The notes under the pieces were generated by a model. The model was not told where the DNA came from, ran no database searches, and saw only the letters and a list, made by a program, of their open reading frames with translations. A program made the translations under genes and the position numbers. 64,000 nt of DNA from Octopus vulgaris (Eukaryota), in contig OX597823.1 of NCBI GenBank assembly GCA_951406725.2, positions 90,396,001-90,460,000 on the forward strand. Reading direction: 5' to 3'. Shown piece after piece: positions 26,150 through 38,339 of the stretch (within the stretch, counting starts at the first letter, position 1; each line of letters opens with the position of its first letter).

Positions 26150-26181
<32 letters not shown>

Positions 26182-26650
26182 GGAGAGAGAGAGAGAATAA
26201 GCCATACACAAATATGTCTATGTGGCAAGAAAGCTGCTTTCATACATTGTTAACTGTAATAGCAATTCAAAATAGAAGGTGCGGCAGAAAAACCTCCCAA
26301 ATTTTATACAACAGTTTTTATGATTCTTGTAAAGTTAGACAGATAAAAATGATGTCTTAATATAACTGATGTCTCACCATTTTTAAAAATTACTATTATG
26401 GTTCGGATTGGTACACACTGTACATCTGGTGATCTGATGTTCAAACATCAACCTGTAAAATGTGAGAATATCTATTGCATCCTCCCCACACACATGTATA
26501 CAGTGTGTGGCAGAAAAATCTGCCATATTTTTTTTGAACATTAGTGTGACACTAGTAAAGTTAAGCCAGTGATAACAGCATCATCATGTTAATTATGTTT
26601 TACTGTTTTATTACCAGTCATCAGTATGGGATTGGTGCTCGCCTTGCACC

Positions 26651-26694
26651 ACAGTCTGATGAAGGTGAGAAAACTGAAACTTCGAAGTCACTGT
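26651..26694 (+). ncRNA. Minimal type-I hammerhead ribozyme with intact catalytic core
   Basis: ACAGT-CTGATGA-AGGTgagaaAACT-GAAAC-TTCGAA-GTC-ACTGT. Stem I is a perfect 5 bp, CUGAUGA and GAAA are canonical, stem III is the palindrome ACTTCGAAGT, and the triplet is GUC (predicted cut after 26689). Confidence 0.8.
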
Positions 26695-27054
26695 CAAACT
26701 TTTTTTATGTAAAAGTTAACGAATATGCAATACTAAAAATTATTCAATAATTCTCCAGTTTAAGAGTACCGTATTTTAGCATAAACAAAGAACCCTCTTT
26801 TGTTAAAAATTAGGTTAAAATAAAATGGGAGTTTCTTATACATAAATAATATTATAATCCAAATTTTAAGTCCCCAAAACAAAGGAATTCCTTGTACACA
26901 AGGGTTGTTTATATACATTAAAATATGGTAAATTGTTTTTTTTTTTTATGTAACTTGACTTTAAAGTAAACATCCACAAACATTTTGTGCCTGTGTATGA
27001 GTGTATAATGAGTATACACGCATTATGTGTTTGTATATTTATCACTCGGTGATA

Positions 27055-27451
27055 TCTGTCAAGATTTCTACAGCTGGATGCCCTTTCTAACGCCAACCAC
27101 TCCAAGAGTGTAGTGGGTGCTTTTAACATGCCACCAGCATGGAAGCCAGTCAGGCAGCACTGGCAACGACCCACACATGAATGGTGCTTATTGTGTGCCA
27201 CCAACACGGGTGCCAGTCAAGTGGCACTGGCATCAGCCACAACTACTATTTCCATTTTTGATTTCGATTTGATTGAGATTCTGATTGTGATTTGACTTTT
27301 GATTTTTGATTTTGAATTTTGAATTTTGATTTTATTCGACTGAATAAGTCTCCTCAAGCATGGCGTGTCACCCGACGATTCAGAGGTACTTTTTAAATGG
27401 GTTGGTTATGTGACACTGGTATAGGCTACAGCTGTGATCTCACTTTACTTG

Positions 27452-27452
<1 letters not shown>
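27055..27452 (-). mobile_element. RTE-type LINE 3'UTR fragment
   Basis: Matches 48500-48880. Confidence 0.65.
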
Positions 27453-27507
<55 letters not shown>

Positions 27508-27711
27508 ATAATGAGTAAAAGGAAAACCTTTGTTACAGCACACCTAATTAGTGCTCTGTATGAGCAAAATATAACATAAATCAAAGTGGAGAACAGATTT
27601 TCGTAGGTCAAATTCCTTTATCTTGGGATTACAAAAATATATAAAAAGTACATTGAGATATTAGGTTTCAAGCGCTCCATTATTACAATCCAAAGAAAAG
27701 TAGTAGCACAA

Positions 27712-27797
27712 AACCTTATGATTGTTTCGAGGAAGGCATTTGTATTGGGCGAATTTTTCATCTGATACAAATAGTCGCATTTCTCTCATCAGAAATA
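27712..27797 (-). ncRNA. Hammerhead motif with long stem II, partly decayed
   Basis: CTGATGA-GAG...ATTTGTAT...ATACAAAT...CTC-GAAAC-AATC-ATA. Stem III can be restored to the palindrome ACGATCGT by reversing two CpG>CpA changes (inference). Confidence 0.55.
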
Positions 27798-28069
27798 CAA
27801 ATAAAATTATTAAAATAGTTTAAAAATTGAAAAAGCTTAAAATGTCTCCTACTTATAGAGCTTGAGTAATGTTATAGTTTTAAAAAATGTCATAGTATTT
27901 TAAAAAAAGTTTGCAAGGATATAGAAAAAGGCTTTGTTGAAGTGAAAAAAAAGTTGTGAAGTAAAACATATGTGTATATAAATATATATATGTGTGTGTA
28001 GATGTTGAACAATGAGAATGAGTGCTCAACACTGCAGTGGTGGATAAAGATCCTTCATTTGTATATTAA

Positions 28070-28125
28070 GGCTACCATTGGTTTCATGTTAAGAAAAATA
28101 TCTTAATATCTTAATTTATCAAGTC
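28070..28125 (-). ncRNA. Degenerate hammerhead-like motif
   Basis: TTGATAA...ATATTAAGA/TCTTAACAT hairpin-GAAAC-CAATG-GTA. The 5' core box has two substitutions. Confidence 0.35.
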
Positions 28126-28197
28126 AGTCACTTGGAGGAAAGACGTTCATTTCCATTTTGGATGAATATACAATACATATATATATATATATATATA

Positions 28198-28612
28198 TCA
28201 TCATCATTGTTTAATGTCTGTTTTCCATGCTGGTAGGGGTTGGACGGTTCAACTTGGGGTCTTGGAAGCCAGGAGGCTGCACCAGGCTCCAGTCTGATCT
28301 GGCAGTGTTTCTACAGGTGGATGTCTTTCCTAACACCAACCACTCCGAGAGTGTAGTGGGTGCTTTTTATGTGCCACTGGCACAGGGGCCCGAGGGGGCT
28401 GGCATTGACAACATTTGGATGGTGCTTTTATGTGCCACTGGCACGGGAGCCATAGGGAGCCGGCATTGACCACGTTTGGATGGTGCTTTTATGTGCCACC
28501 AGCACAGAAGCCAGTCAAGGGGGTGTTGGCATCAGTGACATTCGGATGGTGCTTTCTACATGCCACTGGCACAGGAGCCAATTGGAGTGAGGGGGCTGGC
28601 AGCGACCACGTT
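28198..28612 (-). mobile_element. RTE-type LINE 3'UTR with four GGTGCTTTT subunits
   Basis: Conserved terminus plus repeated subunits of about 60 bp. Confidence 0.75.
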
Positions 28613-30032
28613 TGTATACATATACATATATATATGTATGTATATATAGATATATGTATATATATCACTAGCTCACTCTGTAGAGTGCTCCATCCGTTTG
28701 TCTCTTTCTCTGGTAGTGTTAATTCCTTTTGAAGATATCTGTGACACTCTTTCTTCCTCTGTAATATTTTTGATGTCTAAAACAACATCTCATATATTTA
28801 TTGTAGCGAATCCTAATTTACCAAAGCTAAAAGGATTTGTTGACTAGCAACAAATATTAAAACCATTTTAACTGCTATAAAAACTAAAAAACTATTTAAC
28901 TTATCACTAACTTGTGTTTATTTTTAGCAAAATTCATAATTTTCTATAAAGCATCAGAATGGAGTTTGGCTGCATTTTGTTTTTTCAACTGAGAGCCTAC
29001 TTGTATGGTTTTAATGCTAACCAATTGAAGTGGCATTGAATGTTTTTATGGCATGAGAACAAGGAGAAAGTTATTGTGTCTAATGCACCAACTAATAATA
29101 TTGCATTTGTTTTCCTTCTTTTTTGTTGATTAATCTGCAAAGATGGTGTGTGTCTGTGTGTGTGTGTATGTGTGTGTGTGTGTAGCCATTTCAAGTCCTC
29201 CTTCTTGGTAAAGCATCACATCTTTTGTTAAATCCAAATAAATTTTAGCTGCATTTGCTCAATCATGTTCAAACACTTTTTTTTTTTAAACTCTAAGAAT
29301 TTGAATTAGGTTTTCTTTTTGTGTGTGTTTTATTGATTTTTTTTTTCATATTTAAAAAAAAAAAATTTATTGTTTTCTTATTTTGTTACACTTTTTATGT
29401 GCCCCCGCCCCGCCTTTCTCATCTTAACTGTCTGAATATTTACATATGAAGTGAGAGGTGTTAAAAACTAAAAGAAGATAAACGTGTTGGTTGGATGATG
29501 TAAAAAAAGACAAGAGAGAGACAGAGAGGCAAAGGAGAGAATGCTAATGAAAAAAACTGTCTAAGACAAACAAATAGCAGACAAACACCGCAGTGAATTA
29601 ATTATGGAGTATTTTTTCCAAACTGTCTTATAGATTATATTTTATATATTTCAAACAAGAAATTCACCCACTGTAGACCAAAAGGACATTTACACTTTCA
29701 TCAGCAATTGTAGCTAAACCAACCTTTGATAACATCATTAATCATAATGACCAGTAATTAATGACATCATTATTTATAGACGGTCATTATTTTGATGACA
29801 GCAGCAATTGTACCAAATGAATATTTGACTTTATTGAGTGATACAAGATGTCTCTCAGGTTTCTTCGGGGAGTGAAATTATGGTTGAAAATACTCCCAAA
29901 AAGCTTCTTAATGTTGTCTTTATTTTAAGAGGGGACAACAGTTTAGGCACCAATTACCATAGCATTTCTGTGAGGAGATGAATAGTAGCTGCATGTATTA
30001 GTAGCTTTGTAAGAAATTAATGGGTTATTTAA

Positions 30033-30254
30033 CCCTTTCGTTACTGTATTTATTTTGAGATGCTCTGTGTTTCTTTCAATTAATTTTAAATATAACAAAG
30101 AATTTAGTAATAATAACTTAGTTATCATTCAGCTAGTGTCAGGAACATAAATTGTGACTAAGGTTTGGTGGAAGATTTTAATTCAAAACTTATGAAAACA
30201 AGACATTTGTACTCAGAGCCAGAGCCGGTTTCAGCTGGGTTGGTAACGAAAGGG
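30033..30254 (+). mobile_element. piggyBac-like MITE, 222 bp
   Basis: Perfect 12-bp TIR CCCTTTCGTTAC/GTAACGAAAGGG, with TTAA at 30029-30032 and 30255-30258. Confidence 0.9.
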
Positions 30255-30358
30255 TTAACAGGTCTGTTATTGTACCTGATGTAAGTGGACAAAAGAAGTG
30301 GAATTGATGACATTAGCAATCACACCTAACAAATTTTTGATAGCATTATTATGAATTA

Positions 30359-30575
30359 AAGGCAGCAAACTGGCAGAATTGTTAGCACACTAGACAAAAT
30401 GCTTAGCGGCATTTCACCCATCTCTACGCTCTGAGTTCAAATTCTGCTGAGGTCGACTTTGCCTTTCATCCTTTCAGGATCGATAAATTAAGTACCAGTT
30501 ATGCACTGGGGTCGATGTAATCGACTAGTCCTCTCCCACCAAATTTCAGGCCCTGTGCCTATAGTAGAAAGGATT
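30359..30575 (+). mobile_element. SINE family B with alternative tail
   Basis: Same head and Nin-like core as 6647, but the tail is ...CAAATTTCAGGCCCTGTGCCTATAGTAGAAAGG. Confidence 0.8.
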
Positions 30576-31284
30576 ATTATAAATTATAGTCAACCGATTG
30601 TTGATGACATCTTCATCATTGTTTAGTGTCCATCTTCCATGCTGACGGGAGTTGGATGGTTTGAACGGATCTGATAGGACAGAAGATTACATCAAGCCCC
30701 AAAAACTGTTTTGGCATGGCTCCTATGACTGGATGCCCTTCCTAATGCCAACCACTTTGCAGCATGTATTGGGTGCTTTTCCCATGGCACCAGCACTAGT
30801 GTGGTCACCAAGAAACTTGCAAGACAAAAAAGTGCCCTCAATTTAATGATGGGGTGGGGTGGGTGTAATATTGAGGGAGATGGCTTTATACAAGGTGTTC
30901 AGAGATTAAAGTATGATAGAGGGAGAGGAACAAATATCTTACAGTACAGGAGATGCATGGCTACTCCAGCAGAAACGGGAGATGTTGGTGATAAGATGAA
31001 AGGGCAAACCTTCAAGGTACGAAAAAGTGAATGTAAGTGAGACTAGGGACAGAGGATCAGAAAGGGTCAATTAGTTTGTAAGTGTGTGTAAGGAATATAG
31101 CAGATGGTTGGAGATGGAGTGAGAGGTGAATGTTTAGAATAAGAAACATGGGTCAATGGTGAATATGTGTTGATTTTTGAGATGGGTGAGGTGAAGGAAG
31201 AGGCATAGATCAAGGGGGAGGAAGAGATGATAAGTGAGATGGGTGAGGGGGAGGAAGAGGTGGTAAGTGACAGCTATTATCTTT

Positions 31285-31668
31285 TTCCTTTTACTCGGTT
31301 CAGTCATTTGACTGGGGCCAAGCTGGAGCACTGCTTTGAAGAAATTTTAGCCATGTAAACGACTCCAGCATTTTTTCTTTTTTTTTTGTTCTAAGCTTGG
31401 TACTTATTCTATCGACCTCTATTGTTGAACTGCTAAGTTAAGAGGATGTAAACCAACCGGTGTTGGTGTGTTTACATCAAGCAGTGGTGGGGGACAACCC
31501 CAGACACACAAACACGTTTTAGTTTCAGTCTAAGAAATCCACTCACAAGGCTTTGGTTGACCTCTGGCTATGGTAGAAGATACTTGTCCAAGGTGTCACG
31601 CAGTGAGACTGAACCTGCAACTATGTGGTTACAAAGTATGCTGCTAACCACACAGCCACACCTGCACT
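31285..31668 (-). mobile_element. SINE family A, diverged
   Basis: Reverse complement of the consensus. Confidence 0.7.
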
Positions 31669-32192
31669 AATTGTTGATGACATCAGCAATTATATTTAAT
31701 GAATTGTTGACGGTATTAGCAATGTAAACAAGCAGCATTTGATGACATCATCAATCGTAAATAATGAACCTTTGATGCTATTAATAATAATTAAAGCCAA
31801 ATAACAGCATTTGGTGTCATTAGTAATTGTAAGCAAACAATAATTAATGAATCTAGCATCAATAATAATTAGTGGTGACGTTGTCAATCATAGACAACTG
31901 GTTTTGCTTTTGATAAATTCATCAATATTAAATAATGAGAATTTAGTTATATCACCAATTATTACTAATCAGAATTTGTTGACACCACCAGCTAATTAGT
32001 AACATCACCAATCATAGCCAAAATTCCAATTTTAATATGTATAACCGTAGTTAATAAGCTAATGGTAATTTCTCCAACCAAATATGAAAAACCAGTGGTA
32101 CCATAGACAATTCAGTCGACAAACCAATAGAAACATAAAGAGCTTTGTGAGTGGATTTGATGGACAGAAACAGGAAAAAGCCCGTTATGTGA

Positions 32193-32263
<71 letters not shown>

Positions 32264-32289
32264 CCTTTGCGTCTCTGTTAGAATCACCG

Positions 32290-32437
32290 ATGTAGAATGG
32301 TTCTAGCTTCAGTCCCACTATGTGACACCTTGGGCAAGTGTCTACTGCTATAGCTCTGGATCAAACAAAACCTTGTGAGTGGATTTGGTGAATAGAAACT
32401 GAAAGAAGCTTGTTGTGTGTGTGAGAGAGTGTGTGTG

Positions 32438-32480
<43 letters not shown>

Positions 32481-32705
32481 ATGTGTGTGTGTTTGTGTGT
32501 GTTTGTGTTTGTCCCCCACCACTGCTTGACAACTGGTGTTGGTATGTTTATGTTCCTGTAACTTAGCAGTTTGGCAAAAGAGATCAACAGAATAAATGCT
32601 TGGTTTAAACATTAAAAATAAGTAGTGGAGTCGATTCATTTGACTAAAAATTCTTCAAGGCAGTGCCCCAGCATGGCCACAGTCTAATGACTGAAATGAT
32701 AAAAA
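32290..32705 (+). mobile_element. SINE family A
   Basis: Head (5'-clipped), microsatellite and tail. Confidence 0.75.
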
Positions 32706-33110
32706 GAAAAATCTAAATACAACACACCAATACTAACATGGTTAACCGTAACTCATAAACCGATGGTAAACTTGCTAATTTTAACCAAAGCAGCATTGGT
32801 AACATCCCCAGGTTTAATCAGTTTGTATGGGTTGGATGGTTTGAAAAGGATCGGACAAACCAGAGGACTGCATTGAACTCCAGCATCTGCTTAGGGTATC
32901 TTCTGCAGCTGGATACCCCTTTTAATGTCAACTACTTTAAAGAGGGTACTGGGTGCTTTTCATGTGTCACTGGTGCCGGTGAGGTCACTAAGTAACTTAT
33001 AACCAACAGGTTCACATCATCAGTTAATCAAATATCAAAGAGTTCTAACATTTAGCCATCAGTAAGTGTCAGTAATGTAAAGTATTCATTATTAATTGTG
33101 ACAAACTATT

Positions 33111-33318
33111 CAGGTGTGAAAAATTCCTGGTTTTAAAGGTATCATGAAAAGCCTGGTTGGAGGCTTAACCTTTTGAGTTCTTTTACAGGGCTTAGAAAAA
33201 CTGAAGAACTGCTGCAATAAGTGTGTGAATCTGAGAGGGGAATGTGTTGAATAAAATCATAATTAACTGATTCTCCTGTATTTTCTTTTACCCAAATCCA
33301 GGAACTTTTCAGCACCAC
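33111..33318 (+). mobile_element. Mariner-derived MITE retaining the transposase C-terminus
   Basis: Imperfect TIRs GGTGTGAAAAATTCCTGG / CCAGGAACTTTTCAGCACC. It encodes LEKLKNCCNKCVNLRGECVE*, matching the mariner KCxxxxGxYxE end motif. Confidence 0.75.
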
Positions 33319-33737
33319 TTTTTATGTTATATTATAACAGTCATAAATTTATAACTTATGTTGTTTTTGTCTTTTTCTCTCACTAATCATTTCTCTGTTT
33401 CATTCTCTCAGTTTTGTACTTTTTTCTGATGAAGTATTAACCCTTTTTTGCTCAACCATTTTTGCCTATGGACCCCTTTGATTTCTATTTTACTCCACTG
33501 GACCCTCATGTTAAAAAAATCCCATTATATCTTTAGAATTAAATATGAGTAGAAATTGTTAAAAAAAATTGTTAAAATTTTTATGTACTGTCAAAGTATA
33601 ACACATTTATTGCAGATAAATTTTAGCAATAAAATCTCATATGAATCTCCTAAGAGTCATATGGACCCCAACTGAAAACTACTGAGACCTTATGATTTTT
33701 ATTCTTAATAAATCATTTGGCAAATATCATTGCTCCT

Positions 33738-33773
33738 TTTTCTGATAAAGGGCTAATGTCCAAAACATTAAGG
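33738..33773 (+). ncRNA. Decayed minimal hammerhead motif (Penelope pLTR remnant)
   Basis: CTGATAA-AGGGCtaatGTCC-AAAAC-ATT-AAGG has the same layout as 2737-2772, with G>A changes. Confidence 0.4.
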
Positions 33774-35507
33774 CTAATTCTCTTCTCATTAAAGCCTTAA
33801 ACTGATATTGTACTCGCTAAACCTTGTCTCTCCTGTGTTGTCTTTTTTATTATTCATTGTATTTACACTATGGTACAAGCTGTTAGTCTGTGACCAATCA
33901 TATTCAAATAAGATAGGCTGTGACCAATCACATTCAAACGAGATAAAAAAACAAAATAAAAAAAATCTACAACTTACCTTCCTCAAAAAGTTTCTTTGGT
34001 ATACTCCTTATATTATTTGTTGTTTATATTTATATATTTATTTTGTTAAGCCTTTGTTGATAATGAAAGGTGAGAAAGAGGTAGAGGAGGGGAGAAGATG
34101 TTTCAAGCACCCCACCGTTTCACTTTGAGTATATAATGGAATAATCCACAGTGTGATATCAGATGGAATTTTGAAGACTCGTGTAAGTAAATGTCCCAAT
34201 GGCACTGTAAATAACCAAATATGTCTGGAGATTTTCTGAAAATAGATCAATTATGGCAATTAGTAAAGAAGATTGAGAAAAAATAAGCAACAACATTAAT
34301 TCTTTCTAATTTGGGCACAAGGCCAGCAATTCTAAGGAATTTAACACTAACAACAGCAACATCAGTCATAGCAACATAAAAAGAAAACCCATCACAATTT
34401 AGTTTTGTGCAAAGGGACAGACATGTGTGTGTATGTGTGTGTGTGTGTGTGTATAAAATGGAAGCAATAATTACAAACTAGCCTATCACTTAATCAGCAA
34501 TTCATGTCTGAGGAAGTGAGTGAACGATAATAATTTTATAGCACATATTAAATCTGTCTATCTGTCTGTCTATCTGTCTCTTTCTCTCTCTCTCTTCGTC
34601 TCTCTCTTTTTATATATATAAAATTCAATTTTCCTCATTGAAATTATTATTATTAAGACACACACACGGTGACCTTCTTTCAGTTTCTGTCTAACAAATC
34701 CACTTAGAAGGTTTTGGTTGGCCCAAGACTATAATAGAAGATAATTGTCCAAAGTGTGATGCTGTGGAACTGAACCCTAAACCATATGGCTGGGAAGCAA
34801 ACTTCTTAACTACATAATCATGTGACACACTGGATAATGCAATCCCAGAATGCCTCATTCATTGGTTTCATCAATGAGTTCTCAATTGTTTTACTCATCT
34901 GAAGCAATTTGCTCATTAAATTAACATAAAAACTGGCTGAATATTCCTCAGATATAGTCCACCCTTATCACAATTCTCAGAATGAATCAATGTAACAAAA
35001 TAAGTGGCAGGAAATTTTCAATTCATTAATTTTTAATTAATTACAGGTGCTCTCGATTTGTTAGATATTTTATTTTACTGACCCCGGAAGGGTAGTAGAT
35101 AATGTTTGACTGCAAAGGGTTTTGAACTTAGAACAGAAAATTGTAACTAAATATAGTACTACAGCAACACTTTGATGTTGCCTCAACTGGTTCACACCAT
35201 AAATAATGTGGTACTACTTTAAGAAATTAGTGTAATTAACTTTACGGTAATCTCCTTAGTATAACAAATGTAGGAGAAAAAATAATGGGAAAAAATATTT
35301 AAAAAAAATACTTTATCACTTTTAAGGTGAGAGAAAAAGAGAGAAAAAGGGTAGAACAAGTGTGAGAGAGAGAGAGGTAGAGAAAGAGAGGGGGAAGGAG
35401 ACAGAGTGGGAGGAGGAGATGAAAATGTATATACATACAAAATATAGATATGCTTACACACACACACACACATAAACATACATATACCATTTTAGGTATA
35501 TAAACAT

Positions 35508-36155
35508 AGGCGCAGGAGTGGTTGTGTGGTAAGTAGCTTGCTTACCAACCACATGGTTCTGGGTTCAGTCCTATTGCATGGCACCTTGGGCAAGTGCCTT
35601 CTACTATAGCCTCGAGCCAACCAAAGCCTTGTGAGTGGATTTGGTAGACGGAAACTGAAAGAAGCCTGTTGTATATATGTATATATTTATGTTTGTGTCT
35701 CTGTGTTTGTCCCCCCAATATCGCTTGACAACGAATTTGGCTGCAGTCAAATGACTGAAACAAGTAAAAGAATCAAAGAACATACAAACAGATAGAGCCA
35801 GAAATAACAAGTTTATATTCACAAACATACACATACTCAAAAATACAGATGCAGCCAAAACTAAATGCACATTCATAACAACAAAAGATTAGTCTCAAAG
35901 GAATACATACAATATACATACTCTTAGATATATATATTCATAAATGCACATGCCCATATTTACAAACATACACACATATAGGCGTAGGCATGGCTGTGTG
36001 GTAAGAAGGTTGCTTTCCAACCACATGGTTCTGGGTTCAGTCCCACTGTGTGGTACCTTGGGAAAGTGTCTTCTACTATAGTCTTGGGATGACCATAGAC
36101 TTTTGAGTGGATTTGGGAGATGGAAACTTAAAGAAGCCTGTTGTATGTATGTGTG

Positions 36156-36196
<41 letters not shown>

Positions 36197-36895
36197 TTTT
36201 ACTTGTTTCAGTCATTTGACTGCGGCCATGCTGGAGCACCGCATTTGGTCAAATAAATCAACTCCAGACATATTCTTTGTAAGCCTAGTACTTATTCATT
36301 CAGTCTCTTTTGCCAAACTGCTAAGTTATGAAGATAATAATAATGAAATTATTGTATACAGTGCTAAACACACCAACATCAGTTGTCAAGCAATGGTGGG
36401 GGGACAAACACAGACACACAAATACATACATGCATACATATATATACATAATATATATATATATATATGTATATACGACGGGCTTCTTTCAGTTTCCATC
36501 TACCAAATCCACTTACAAGGCTTTGGTTGGCCCGAGGCTACAGTAGAAGACACTTGCCCAAGGTGCTATGCAGTGGGATTGAACCCGGAACCATGTGGTT
36601 GGGAAGCAAGCTTCTTACTACACAGCCATGCCTGTGCCTATATATATGTGTGTGTGTGCGATGTGTGTGTATGTATGTGTGTATGTGTGTGTGTGTGTGT
36701 GTGTGGTGTGTGTGTATTTGTCCCCCACCACTGCATGGTTTGTTTATGTCCATTTAACTTAGTAGTTTGGCAAAAGAGACTGATAAAATGAGTACTAGGC
36801 TTAAAAATAGAGTACTGGGGTTGATTCTTTTGACTAAAATCTCAAGTGCTCCAGCATGGCCACAGTCTAATGACTGAAATAAGTTAAAGCTAAAA
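35508..36895. mobile_element. Cluster of SINE family A copies in both orientations
   Basis: Copies at about 35508-35775 (+), 35980-36142 (+) and 36194-36638 (-), plus a tail at 36715-36895 (+). Confidence 0.8.
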
Positions 36896-38092
36896 GACAC
36901 ACACATGTACATTGTACTTATAAAAACACAGATTTCTACAGATATGCTTATAAATGCCCACTCACACACATTCAGATACACACATATATTCATAAATACA
37001 CACATACTAGCAAATACACACATACACTGACATACTCATAGATAGATATACACACACAAATACACACTTATATATTAATATAAACACAAACTTACACAAA
37101 CATATATCAATACATACACACACACATTAATACATACACACTTACACATATATATTAATACATACACACTTACACTTACACATACATTAATACATACACA
37201 TGTTTTCACACACATACATTAATACATACACACATGTTTTCACACACATATATTAATACATACCTACAAATAGAGATAGTCACAACTACAAGCACATACA
37301 ACCACACACACACACGCTAACATATGGACTCACAAATACAAGCATTGGGATACAAATACACACACAAACGCATACACATACATACTCACAAACACAAACA
37401 TTCTCACAAGTGCGTGCACACATTCAAATGAGCTTACATACTTACACAAGCACACACACATACAGACTCACAATCACATACACACACACATCTCATAGAT
37501 ATACTCAACCACAAAAATATACATATAAAAGCCATGCATACTCACATACACGAATATGCTTTTTGCATGCATAGACGTATTGAAGAAAATAGTAGGAAGA
37601 CCTCGTCCATAGAATAAATCAACAAAGCAGTAAATGTGTGGCAGGAAGGGGGATGTCAACAAATGGGGGAAAAGAAGGAGTAATAGTGGGAGTAGATGCT
37701 GCTGTTAAGGAAGTGATGCAAGGAGGGGGGAGCAGTTGATTGGAGGGGTAGTAGTGAGAGTATGTGTTGCTGTTAAGGGAGTGATGTAAAAGGAAGGGGA
37801 GTGGACTGGAAGGGTGGAGGAGGGAGAAGGTCTGGTGCCAGCAAGTGATGGTGGAAGATGGGAGCAAGGATGGTGGTGGTGGCGGTGGTGGTGGAGGTTG
37901 GGCAAGAGAAAGAAACTTGAAGAATTGGTAAAAAGGTGTTGGAAGGGGGAAGTGAAAAATGATGTTGTTTTTGGTGAAAGATGATGCTTAGAAGTCTCAT
38001 TAGTTAGGAAGGAACTTAATACTTTCCCCACAATGGATTGATAGACAAACAGCCAGATTGCTAGATGAACAGATAGATAAATAGATAGATAA

Positions 38093-38136
<44 letters not shown>

Positions 38137-38339
38137 TCAGATAGATAAATAGATGGATAGATAGTAAGATGGCTGTGTAGTAAGATTGCTTCCCAACCAC
38201 ATGGTTCCGGGTTCAATCCCACTGCATAGCACCTTGGGCAAATGTCTTCTACTATAGCCTCGGGCCAGGTAGATGGAAACTGAAAGAAGCCCGTCGTATA
38301 GATAGATGGATAGACACACAGATAGATAGATAGATATAT

